Positions 19,985 to 29,060 of a stretch of DNA of 64,000 nt are shown one piece after another; position 1 is the stretch's first letter; each line of letters begins with the position of its first letter. The position numbers and the translations under genes are program-made. The DNA lies in contig JBCNVB010000013.1 in NCBI GenBank assembly GCA_039630415.1, positions 160,001 through 224,000 of the forward strand. Reading direction: 5' to 3'. Below the pieces are notes generated by a model that was not told the origin of the DNA, made no database searches, and saw only the letters and a program-made list of their open reading frames with translations. This DNA comes from a bacterium. Its GTDB lineage: Bacteria > DRYD01.

Positions 19985-20996
19985 ACCTGCGGAAATCAAG
20001 GCAGATAAAATAGACTTAGAGGAGATATACAGTAAGGTTAAAATTGGTTCATTTAATGACTATGGTTGGGCTATAGAGAATTATAGAAATTTTAAGGGTA
20101 TTACACGCGAGCAAGAGTTGAAAATAATAAATGATGCTAAGCAAGGGAAAATGGAAGCCAAAATAATCCTCATTTCTTTGGTTTTCCCATATATAATTAA
20201 GCTGTATAAAACTATGAACAAGCAATCAGATTACATGGACTATATTTCTGACGGCATTGCTGCTTCTTTGGAAGCTATTCAAAGATACGATCTAAAAAGA
20301 TATAACGTAAGGTTTTCAACTTATGCAGCCTACTGGATATACCACTCAATTTTGAGAAGTACTTATCAAGAAACAACCGTCAAAGTACCTGTTTCTATCT
20401 ACTCTGAGTACTCCAAATTCATAAAAGCATATAACCAGTATATTCATCAATATGGATGCAAACCAACTATAAATGAATTGATAGACTATATCTTTGGAGA
20501 AGAAGTAAGAAAAAAAATAAAGCAAGAAAATCCTGAACTTTCAGAAAAAGACGATATTTTCAAAAGGATTTATAATTTGAAAATATCAGATCTGAAGGAG
20601 AAGTATTCTAGAATAATAAATTTTATGTCTTTGAAGTCAGAAATTTCTTTACAGGATGTTAGATTTTCTAATAGCACTAAAACAATTGAAGAGTTTATAG
20701 AAAGTGAACAATATGATGAACCTGAAACTGACTTAACACAAAGGGATATAAAAGAAAACATAATAAGAAATGTAATGACCTATCTTGATGACGAAGAAAA
20801 GATAATAGTTCTTGAGTATTATGGATTACTAGATAATGAAGGGAAAACACTTGAGCAGATAAGAGATATAATTTTTTCTGTATTTGGTAAAAAGTATTCA
20901 AAAGAAAGAATTAGGCAAAAACTAAGGAATGCTAACTTTAAACTGAGAAAAGTTTTATCAAAAGAGATGGAAGGATTTCTAAAGGAGGGGTATTAA
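19929..20996 (+). CDS. Sigma-70 family RNA polymerase sigma factor (RpoD-like architecture, strongly divergent; start uncertain)
   Basis: Region 2.3-2.4 RFSTYAAYWI, TVKVPV, region 3 KPTINEL/ISLQ, region 4 YYGL...KTLEQI...KERIRQ; directly after dnaG. Confidence 0.88.
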   Translation: MKKQRKLKKNLENCQETNKPAEIKADKIDLEEIYSKVKIGSFNDYGWAIENYRNFKGITREQELKIINDAKQGKMEAKIILISLVFPYIIKLYKTMNKQSDYMDYISDGIAASLEAIQRYDLKRYNVRFSTYAAYWIYHSILRSTYQETTVKVPVSIYSEYSKFIKAYNQYIHQYGCKPTINELIDYIFGEEVRKKIKQENPELSEKDDIFKRIYNLKISDLKEKYSRIINFMSLKSEISLQDVRFSNSTKTIEEFIESEQYDEPETDLTQRDIKENIIRNVMTYLDDEEKIIVLEYYGLLDNEGKTLEQIRDIIFSVFGKKYSKERIRQKLRNANFKLRKVLSKEMEGFLKEGY

Positions 20997-22285
20997 TGAA
21001 AACATTTTTAAGAGATTTAAAAGCTTTTTGGGTTTTAGATAGTAGATCAAATCCTGCTTTGGAGGTATGGGCTTTCCTAGAAAGAAATGGAAGTATGTAC
21101 TATGACAATTTCATAGTTCCCTCAGGAGCTTCTACTGGTGATTTTGAAGCTCTTGAACTTAGAGATAACGATCAAAATTTTCATGGTAAAGGACTTTCTA
21201 AAGCTATACAATCTGTGTATTACATAAGAGATAGACTTAAGGATCAGGTGGTGGACGATTTATTTGAAGTGGATAGAAAGATAAGGGAACTGGATGGAAC
21301 GGAGAATAAAAGTAGATTAGGAGCAAATGCAATACTTGGGGTTTCAGTAAGTATTGCTAAAGCCTTATCCAAATCTTACAACTTACCATTTTTCAAATAT
21401 ATTAGCTTACTAAGCGGTTCAACAAAATACTTCTTGCCAGTTCCATTTATGAATATAATTAATGGTGGAGTCCATGCGGACAATCAATTAGATTTTCAAG
21501 AATTTATGATATGCCCAATAAACTTTGATAGTTTTTCTGAAGCCTTAAAAGCAGGCAGTGAAATTTACAATCATCTAAAGAAAATATTAAAGCAAGATGG
21601 TCATAGTGTATCAGTTGGTGATGAAGGAGGATTTGCTCCCAACATAGACTGTCCTTTTGTAGCATGTGATTACATACTTAAAGCCATAGAAAAAGCGGGC
21701 TATACTGACAAAGTTTTTATAGCTCTTGACGTTGCTGCTAGCTCTATGTATAAGGATGGAAAATATGCCTACAAGAATAGTTATATTTCTTCTGAACAAC
21801 TCTCTGAAATATATTCACAATTGATAGAAAAATACCCAATAATATCTATAGAAGATCCTTTTGATCAGGAGGATTGGCAAGCTTGGATCAAATTCACTCA
21901 AAAATATGGCAATCGAATAAGAATAGTTGGTGATGATTTATTTGTTACGAATACTAAAAGACTTAGTAAAGGTATAGAACTAAAAGCAGCAAACTCTATC
22001 CTTATTAAATTAAATCAAATTGGAACTCTTACGGAGACAATAGATGCTATTAATTTGGCAAATAGTAATAATTTTAGCTGTATTATTTCTCATAGATCTG
22101 GAGAGACGGAAGATAATACGATTTCTCACCTAGCTGTAAATATTTCATATTGTATAAAGTCTGGTGCCCCAGCTAGAAGTGAAAGAAATTCTAAATACAA
22201 TGAACTAAGAAGAATTGAGGAGTTCTATAACATACCATACATATCTAATAAGTTTTTTGTCCAAGCCTTAGTATCAAAAATATGA
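20996..22285 (+). CDS. eno: Enolase
   Basis: DSRSNP, VPSGASTG, NGGVHA, QEFM, GDEGG, DVAAS, EDP, VGDDL, KLNQIG, SHRSGET. Confidence 0.97.
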   Translation: MKTFLRDLKAFWVLDSRSNPALEVWAFLERNGSMYYDNFIVPSGASTGDFEALELRDNDQNFHGKGLSKAIQSVYYIRDRLKDQVVDDLFEVDRKIRELDGTENKSRLGANAILGVSVSIAKALSKSYNLPFFKYISLLSGSTKYFLPVPFMNIINGGVHADNQLDFQEFMICPINFDSFSEALKAGSEIYNHLKKILKQDGHSVSVGDEGGFAPNIDCPFVACDYILKAIEKAGYTDKVFIALDVAASSMYKDGKYAYKNSYISSEQLSEIYSQLIEKYPIISIEDPFDQEDWQAWIKFTQKYGNRIRIVGDDLFVTNTKRLSKGIELKAANSILIKLNQIGTLTETIDAINLANSNNFSCIISHRSGETEDNTISHLAVNISYCIKSGAPARSERNSKYNELRRIEEFYNIPYISNKFFVQALVSKI

Positions 22286-23001
22286 ATATAGGAATATATT
22301 CTGGAACTTTTAATCCAATCCACATTGGACATGTAACCGTTATCAACTACTCAATTGAAGAATTAAAACTAGACTTACTTTACGTGGTGCCAAATAAATA
22401 TCCCGTTCATAAAAAAAGAAAGTACTTTCTTGAACCATCCTTAAGAATTCAAATGATCCAGTATACTTTGGAAGAATCAAAATACTATCACAAGGTGCAG
22501 ATATCGGACTTTGAGATAACAAGTAATCAGGATTCCTATTCCTATATAACTGTCGATTATTTTAGAAAGAAACATCCCATTGATACACTTTTTTTCATAA
22601 TTGGTATAGATAGTTTAATTTTTCATTTTTGGCATAATTTTGATTCTATATGGGAAAAAATAGACTACTTTGCAGTTATAAACAGAAACATAGAAAGTGA
22701 AGATTTAAAAATTTACATGAAACAGAAATTAGAGGACCTCAAAAATAAAGCGTTAGAATACAATGAAATTTTACTTAAAATATTAGATACTTACTTAGAT
22801 ATCGACAAAAAATTTATTTTGTTAAAAATCCCAAGAATAGAAATTTCTTCTAGTTTAATTTGGCAAAGACTAGAGGAATCAAAAAGTATAGATTATTGGG
22901 TAAATGAAAAGGTAAAAAAGATATTGTATTCAATTCCGCTTGGGGGCGAAAAGCGGAATACAAATCCCCCACAAAAACAGAACTATGAACATACTAGATA
23001 A
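22282..23001 (+). CDS. nadD: Nicotinate-nucleotide adenylyltransferase
   Basis: GTFNPIHIGH, PVHK, SY, FIIGID, ISSS. Confidence 0.93.
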   Translation: MNIGIYSGTFNPIHIGHVTVINYSIEELKLDLLYVVPNKYPVHKKRKYFLEPSLRIQMIQYTLEESKYYHKVQISDFEITSNQDSYSYITVDYFRKKHPIDTLFFIIGIDSLIFHFWHNFDSIWEKIDYFAVINRNIESEDLKIYMKQKLEDLKNKALEYNEILLKILDTYLDIDKKFILLKIPRIEISSSLIWQRLEESKSIDYWVNEKVKKILYSIPLGGEKRNTNPPQKQNYEHTR

Positions 23002-24046
23002 AATATTAAACCTACTCTTTCAAGAAAACGGCGAAGGACTGTTCCTGGTGGAAGATATTCCGCCTTTTATAAGATATAGGGATAAAAAAATTCAAAACAT
23101 CATAGATGAAAAACTAGAGAGAGATAAAATAGAGGAGATATTGAGAATATTTATGAATGAAAAAGATATGTCGGATCTAAAAACGAATGGATACTGGTTG
23201 GGTAACTATGTTACAAGTAATGGTTTACCTTTCAGCTGTATAGTTTTTTCACAAAAAGCTAAAATGTCAGTAATATTTTCTCCCGCTGTAATAGAAACTG
23301 TTAAGTTGTCGAGTTTAGATTTACCCGTTCAATATATTGAAGCTTTGAATAAAAACAAAGGATTAATAATAATAGCTGGGCCTAAAAAGAGTGGTAAAAC
23401 TACTATTTATAACGCATCTATAGATTATATTCTTGAAAATCGAAGCGTTATGGTTGCTAGTATCGAAGAATTTATTGAGAAAGAATTTTCTAACAATAGA
23501 GGTATTATTTATCAATTTGTAATCGGTAAAGATTGTGGTTTAGTAAAAGATGCTTTGGGAATTGTAAGAAGACTAAAACCTGATATAGTTGCTATTCAGG
23601 AAATTATAAACTATGAGTATTTGGAAATGGCATTGGATTTAGCTCTTAGTGGATTGCTTGTTATTGCTACTATTAACGCGGATGGAATAGTATCTGTACT
23701 AGAAAAAATTGCTGGTATGTCTGGAGAAAATAAAAACAAAGTATTTAGATATCTTTCTATGGTTTTGGAGATTGTTATATCTGGTAACTTGTTTACTTCT
23801 AATGAAGGTGATTTGAAGTATATTTATGATTTTTATTTCAATGATCCAGAATTTGTCAAACCGCTTTCAATGGGTGATATAAATGAGGTTTACTTGAAGA
23901 TGATTGAAAGAAGAGAGAAAGGGTATAGAGTACAAGAATATACCCTTAAAGCTTTAGTTAAGAAAGGGGTTATTTCAGAGCAGGAAGCTTTACTTAAGGC
24001 TGCAAGAATTAATGATTTCAAGAGGATTATGTTGAGTCCTTACTAA
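22985..24046 (+). CDS. PilT/PilU-like ATPase (degenerate)
   Basis: N-terminal ...PPFIR, Walker A GPKKSGKT, EEFIE, PDIVAIQEI, SG.LV.AT; ATG at 22985 preferred over TTG at 22940. Confidence 0.75.
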   Translation: MNILDKILNLLFQENGEGLFLVEDIPPFIRYRDKKIQNIIDEKLERDKIEEILRIFMNEKDMSDLKTNGYWLGNYVTSNGLPFSCIVFSQKAKMSVIFSPAVIETVKLSSLDLPVQYIEALNKNKGLIIIAGPKKSGKTTIYNASIDYILENRSVMVASIEEFIEKEFSNNRGIIYQFVIGKDCGLVKDALGIVRRLKPDIVAIQEIINYEYLEMALDLALSGLLVIATINADGIVSVLEKIAGMSGENKNKVFRYLSMVLEIVISGNLFTSNEGDLKYIYDFYFNDPEFVKPLSMGDINEVYLKMIERREKGYRVQEYTLKALVKKGVISEQEALLKAARINDFKRIMLSPY

Positions 24047-24058
24047 GGGGGTGATTGA

Positions 24059-24709
24059 GTGATAATAATCATTCCCCTTCTTTTACTTATACTTGTAATA
24101 GTATCGTATTTTATACCGGGAGTGACTTTTAATTTATTGTGGGTATATTTAGTAATAGCTCTTGGTGCTACAGGTTTACTTATTTTTTTGTTTTTTTTAG
24201 GTATGTTGGATTTAGGTGGAGATGGGGATGTTCATTCAGTAGCTGATCATCATTCGGTGCATCACGATACTTCAGGAGCTGACCATGGAGGTGGATTGCC
24301 GCTATTTGTTACTTCTCCTTCCGCGGTACTTATCTTGTCTGCTTTGTTCGGAGGATTTGGGTTAATCAGTCATAGTATACTGTTTTTTCTACCTTCAAGG
24401 GTTAAAGATCTGGTGTCTATTTTTGTTTCTACTTTCCTATCTTTGTTCATATATGCTTATGTAGTAAAAGTGGTTTTGTCTTTTCTCAAAACTAGTAGTA
24501 TTGTAAAGAGTGGATCTTATTATGAAGGTAAGGAAGCAGAGGTTTTATATGATATACCTGAAGATGGATTCGGGAAAGTAAACGTAAAAACTGAGGATAA
24601 AATAGAACAGTTACTAGCTAAAAGTGAGGATGGGTCTAGAATACCTGCTGGACAAATTGTAAGAATAAAAAAACATATGGGTACTTTTGTTATAGTTGAA
24701 AAAATATAG
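24059..24709 (+). CDS. NfeD-like (YqiJ/YuaF-type) membrane protein with His/Asp-rich loop and C-terminal OB fold
   Basis: TM helices, DGDVHSVADHHSVHHD loop, FGGFG, YEGKEAEV..DIP..GFGKV...IPAGQIVRI...VIVEKI. Confidence 0.75.
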   Translation: MIIIIPLLLLILVIVSYFIPGVTFNLLWVYLVIALGATGLLIFLFFLGMLDLGGDGDVHSVADHHSVHHDTSGADHGGGLPLFVTSPSAVLILSALFGGFGLISHSILFFLPSRVKDLVSIFVSTFLSLFIYAYVVKVVLSFLKTSSIVKSGSYYEGKEAEVLYDIPEDGFGKVNVKTEDKIEQLLAKSEDGSRIPAGQIVRIKKHMGTFVIVEKI

Positions 24710-24721
24710 GGAGGGTATAAG

Positions 24722-25843
24722 ATGATAAAGAGGAGAATATCTAGGATAGTAAGGATAGGAGATATTGTTATTGGTGGTGGAAATCCAGTAGTTGTTCAAA
24801 GTATGGTTAAATGTCCAACTACCAATGTGGAGGAGGTTATTAGGCAGTTAAATATTGCTAAGCAAGCTGGAGCTAGGGTAATGAGAATAGCCGTGCCAGA
24901 TAAGGAAGCAGCATATGCTTTGAAAAAGATAGTTCCAAATTCTCCTGTTCCTTTGGTGGCCGATATACATTTTGATTATAGACTAGCTTTGATGTCAATT
25001 GAAGCAGGTATACATGCTCTTAGACTAAATCCGGGAAATATACTTGATTCACCCCAGGGAAACCTATCGAGATATGATAAACTTGAGCAAGTTGTAAAGG
25101 CTGCGAAAAACGCTCAAATACCCATTAGAATAGGTGTTAATAGTGGTTCTCTTCATCCAAAATATCTTGAAAAGTACGGCTATCCTACTTATGAAGCTTT
25201 GGTTGAGTGTGCTATTGATGAAGTAAGAATATTAGAGAACATGGGATTCTATGATATAAAAATATCCGTTAAAAGTAGTAATGTAGAGGATATGATATCA
25301 GCTTACATGATGTTAGCTGAAAAAGTGCCTTATGCTTTGCATTTGGGAGTTACAGAATCTGGTAGTGGATTGAGTGGATATGTTAAGAGTTCTATTGGTA
25401 TTGGTACTTTACTTTACCACGGAATAGGAGATACTATAAGGGTTTCATTGACTTCTAGTGTAGAGGAGGAGATAAAATTAGGGTATGAAATATTAAAGGC
25501 TTTGGGGTATGAAAAGAGAGGAGTAGAGTTAATTAGTTGTCCTACCTGTGGAAGAATTGAGGTTGATCTGTTTGATTTAGTAGAGAAGGTCAAGAAAGAG
25601 GTGGAAAGTGTACAAGAGAATATAACAGTTGCAGTTATGGGTTGTGTAGTTAATGGTCCTGGTGAGGCAAGAAAGGCAGACATAGCTGTGGTAGGTGGAA
25701 AAGGTAAAGGAATAATTTATCGAAAGGGAAAAATGATTAAAGTTGCTCCTGAAGATAAACTGATAGATGCCTTTAAAGAAGTCCTCCAACAAGTGGTAAA
25801 TGAGAAAGCAAATCAAAAGGTGGAAGTAGGTGAGAGTTCATGA
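24722..25843 (+). CDS. ispG: 4-hydroxy-3-methylbut-2-enyl diphosphate synthase
   Basis: VQSM, ADIHF, RLNPGN, RIGVNSGSL, HLGVTE, GDTIRVSL, SCPTCGR, MGCVVNGPGE. Confidence 0.97.
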   Translation: MIKRRISRIVRIGDIVIGGGNPVVVQSMVKCPTTNVEEVIRQLNIAKQAGARVMRIAVPDKEAAYALKKIVPNSPVPLVADIHFDYRLALMSIEAGIHALRLNPGNILDSPQGNLSRYDKLEQVVKAAKNAQIPIRIGVNSGSLHPKYLEKYGYPTYEALVECAIDEVRILENMGFYDIKISVKSSNVEDMISAYMMLAEKVPYALHLGVTESGSGLSGYVKSSIGIGTLLYHGIGDTIRVSLTSSVEEEIKLGYEILKALGYEKRGVELISCPTCGRIEVDLFDLVEKVKKEVESVQENITVAVMGCVVNGPGEARKADIAVVGGKGKGIIYRKGKMIKVAPEDKLIDAFKEVLQQVVNEKANQKVEVGESS

Positions 25844-26136
25844 GTTATCTGGGATTGATAAGTATCACCCCGATTGGAAGTAAGGAAAGTGTTTCTTCTG
25901 ATGTAGCTAAAGCTGTAAAGATACTTTCTGAAAACAAGATCAACTATCAGTTAACCTCTATGGGAACTATAATTGAAACTGAAGATCTTGATCAACTGCT
26001 AGATTTGGTTAAAAAGATGATAGCTAAAGTAGAAGAAGATAACAATAGGGTTAGTGTAATTTTGAAAATTGACTGTAGGAAAGGGCATAGCAACAGAATG
26101 AAATCAAAAGTTGAAAGTGTTCTTCAGAAATTGTAG
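25840..26136 (+). CDS. MTH1187/YkoF-family thiamine-binding protein
   Basis: SITPIG..SVS..VA, SMGTIIE, RV...KID.R, KVESV. Confidence 0.88.
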   Translation: MSYLGLISITPIGSKESVSSDVAKAVKILSENKINYQLTSMGTIIETEDLDQLLDLVKKMIAKVEEDNNRVSVILKIDCRKGHSNRMKSKVESVLQKL

Positions 26137-26145
26137 TATGATATA

Positions 26146-29043
26146 ATGTTAGTCAGAATATATAATTTTGCAAGGAATTACAACCTAGATATTGTCTTTT
26201 TTTATACGGTTTTGGTTTTAATCTTTTTCACACCTATTGGTGGGAAAGTGATAGGTTGTGCTGATACGTTTAATCAGTATTTACCGTTGAGAGTTTTTTA
26301 CAGTAATTGTTTAAGAAGTGGTGATTTCCCGTTGTGGTATCCTTATCAGGGATTAGGTTTGCCTTTTTTAGGTATAGTACAGGCTAGTGGGTTGTATCCA
26401 ATTAATATTGTTTTATTTAAGTTTCTTGATCCTTATTTTGCTTACAACTTAGGTGTTTACATTCATTTTATTATGGCTCAATTTTTTGGATTTCTGTATG
26501 CTGACTATATTTATAGAAAGATAGGATTAGGTAGGTTATATTCTTTTCTTAGTGGATTTTTGTTTGGTTTAAGTGGTTTGATTATATCACATTGTGATTT
26601 TGTACCTTTTCAAAACTCTATTCCTTATCTTCCGTTGAGTTTACTGTTTTTGCACTTAATTATAGATGAATGGAATAAATATTGGAGTAGTACGGGATAT
26701 GGTAAGTTAAGATTATTTTTATGGTTTATGGGGTTGAGTATAAGTTTGGGGTATCAATTTTTGGCCGGATATCCACAAGCTTTTCTGTATACTCTTATAT
26801 TCCTTTTTTTATTTACTTTATTGATGAATTATCGTTTTATTTTAGTGGTTTTAGCTGCAATAGTGTTTAGTTTCCCTTTGACTTTTATTTTTTTATATGA
26901 GTCATTTTCTTTATCTAAAGGATCGATAAGGGATTATATATATTTTGAGACCTATAATCAGGGTAGTTTTCCTTTATATGGTTTACTTAATCAGGTTTTA
27001 CCTTTTATATATGGTGGTAGTATTAGCAATCCGAGTTATTATGGGCCTTCTACGGGTACTTTGCCTATGGAATTTTTCTTTTATATTTCTGTTTTTGCTC
27101 TTCCCTTAACAGTTTTTGCCTATATTAAGATATTTTCCAATCCTGAATTAAGAAGAAATTTATCTATTTACTGCATATTGGGAATTATTTGTTTTGTTTT
27201 AGCTATGGGGAAGTATAATTTGATTTTACATTATTTAATGTTTGATTTGCCTATTTATTCGAAGGTAAGGATAGTTGCTAGGCATTTTATGGAGATTGGT
27301 TTTATTCAAGCTCTAGTTATACCTGTTGGAATATACTTTATTTTAAATGGGTATACTCAGTTTATTAGATTTATCAAGGTTGCTTTCTTTACTTATTTGT
27401 TTGTGGTTTTAGTTTCAATAGGTTTTTTGATAAATCCCGAGATTGGTAGTAAGATTTCTAAGTTGAGTGTCAAGAGTTATGATCTTTATTTTCCACTAGT
27501 TTTTGGTTTGCTTTTTTTATGTTCATTGCTTATATACCATTTTCAGAGATATATTAGATTTATCAAAGTAGACAAAACGGAGATTATTTTGGTAATGGTT
27601 ATTATATTTTTTGTTGAGAGTTGGTTTGTTTTTTATAATTTATATCCATCGTATACTGGTAGTTGGTGGTCAAGAAGGGAAAACCTACAAAAATACTTGG
27701 AATACTTTTCCAAGTTTGATAAGGAATACAGAGTTTGTTATTTTACTGGGTTTCCGATAATATTTTCTGGAGTTGTTGAACAAAGAATGCTTAACTATTA
27801 TGAACCAGTTATACCTTTTAGTTTAGTTGAATTTTTCAAAGTGTGGACTAATGGCTCTTTTATTTATCCAAACGATTATTTGTATATTCTTAACAATGCT
27901 ATTATTAGTAAATTCTCAGTGAAATACTTGCTTATCAATAAAGAATTTAGAACTAAATACCGTAAGGTTATTGATGTTGGTTCTCTTAGGTTAGTTAATT
28001 GGGAATCTTTAAAAAAGGAAACTAAAAGGTCTATGTTTTCAGATTTTGATAGTTTACTTAAATTTTCAAAAGATTTGGAATTTGATTCTAAAAATCAAAC
28101 TATTGTGTTATCAACTAAATCTAAGTTAACTGTTAGATTTAGTAATAATATGTTTAACAGAGTTATAATGGTTTGTTTCAAAGCTAATGTTAGTAAGATG
28201 AGCTTTTTGTATAGGTATAGGAGATTGGCCTTTGAATTAACAGATGGCTTAGGTATAGAGATTAGAGATTCTAAAGATAGGAAAATAGGGTACTATTTCT
28301 TGAACGATTATTATATTCCGAATGTTGATTTTAAAAAATTCTGTATTCCCTTTATTTGTGAAATAGATGATTACAATGATTTAGTAGATTTATATGTTGA
28401 TATTTATGCTGTTAATAGCTATGGTAGGAAGTATGGGATAAAGGATTTGGAGATATATAGTTTCCCTTTAAAGGTTCCTACCTATAATTTAGCTACTGAT
28501 AAAGAATTTATGGGAAGGGCTTATTTATATGATACTGGATTTATGAATTACGATTTGTACATTAATCCTCAGGCTTTACCACTAATTTTTGTACCTGATG
28601 GAATTCATTTTGTAAAGAGTGCTGATGAGATAAAGTATGGTATATTGACTTTAAGGTATGGTATAAAAGACATAGCAATTATGGAAAGTGACAGGAGTAT
28701 GTTTGAGGGAAGAAAATTTAGTAGACCTACTGTTAAGATATTGAAAGATTCATGGAATTATGTGGAGTTTTATTATAAGAATGATGGAGATGGGATAGTT
28801 GTGTTTAATGATTTGTATTATAGGGGTTGGAGAGCTAATTTTAATGGTAATGAGGTTAAAATTTTTAGGGCTAATGGATTAGTTAAGGGTTTATTGATAG
28901 GTAGTGGAGAAGGTGTTGTAAGAATTTATTATGAACCTTTCCCGAGAATTTTGTTGTGGTTAAATATTCTGTTTATTTTTGGTTATCTATTTTTGTGGGT
29001 TGTACTCTTTCTGCGCTTGCACAATAACAAAAATAATAATTGA
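26146..29043 (+). CDS. YfhO-family GT-C membrane glycosyltransferase, paralog 1
   Basis: D...QY.P, PLW.PY.GLG.P, LYP, AGYPQ, R...R, C-terminal YYRGW.A...IFRANG.VKG; many TM helices. Confidence 0.85.
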   Translation: MLVRIYNFARNYNLDIVFFYTVLVLIFFTPIGGKVIGCADTFNQYLPLRVFYSNCLRSGDFPLWYPYQGLGLPFLGIVQASGLYPINIVLFKFLDPYFAYNLGVYIHFIMAQFFGFLYADYIYRKIGLGRLYSFLSGFLFGLSGLIISHCDFVPFQNSIPYLPLSLLFLHLIIDEWNKYWSSTGYGKLRLFLWFMGLSISLGYQFLAGYPQAFLYTLIFLFLFTLLMNYRFILVVLAAIVFSFPLTFIFLYESFSLSKGSIRDYIYFETYNQGSFPLYGLLNQVLPFIYGGSISNPSYYGPSTGTLPMEFFFYISVFALPLTVFAYIKIFSNPELRRNLSIYCILGIICFVLAMGKYNLILHYLMFDLPIYSKVRIVARHFMEIGFIQALVIPVGIYFILNGYTQFIRFIKVAFFTYLFVVLVSIGFLINPEIGSKISKLSVKSYDLYFPLVFGLLFLCSLLIYHFQRYIRFIKVDKTEIILVMVIIFFVESWFVFYNLYPSYTGSWWSRRENLQKYLEYFSKFDKEYRVCYFTGFPIIFSGVVEQRMLNYYEPVIPFSLVEFFKVWTNGSFIYPNDYLYILNNAIISKFSVKYLLINKEFRTKYRKVIDVGSLRLVNWESLKKETKRSMFSDFDSLLKFSKDLEFDSKNQTIVLSTKSKLTVRFSNNMFNRVIMVCFKANVSKMSFLYRYRRLAFELTDGLGIEIRDSKDRKIGYYFLNDYYIPNVDFKKFCIPFICEIDDYNDLVDLYVDIYAVNSYGRKYGIKDLEIYSFPLKVPTYNLATDKEFMGRAYLYDTGFMNYDLYINPQALPLIFVPDGIHFVKSADEIKYGILTLRYGIKDIAIMESDRSMFEGRKFSRPTVKILKDSWNYVEFYYKNDGDGIVVFNDLYYRGWRANFNGNEVKIFRANGLVKGLLIGSGEGVVRIYYEPFPRILLWLNILFIFGYLFLWVVLFLRLHNNKNNN

Positions 29044-29060
29044 TATAAACAAGCATCTCT

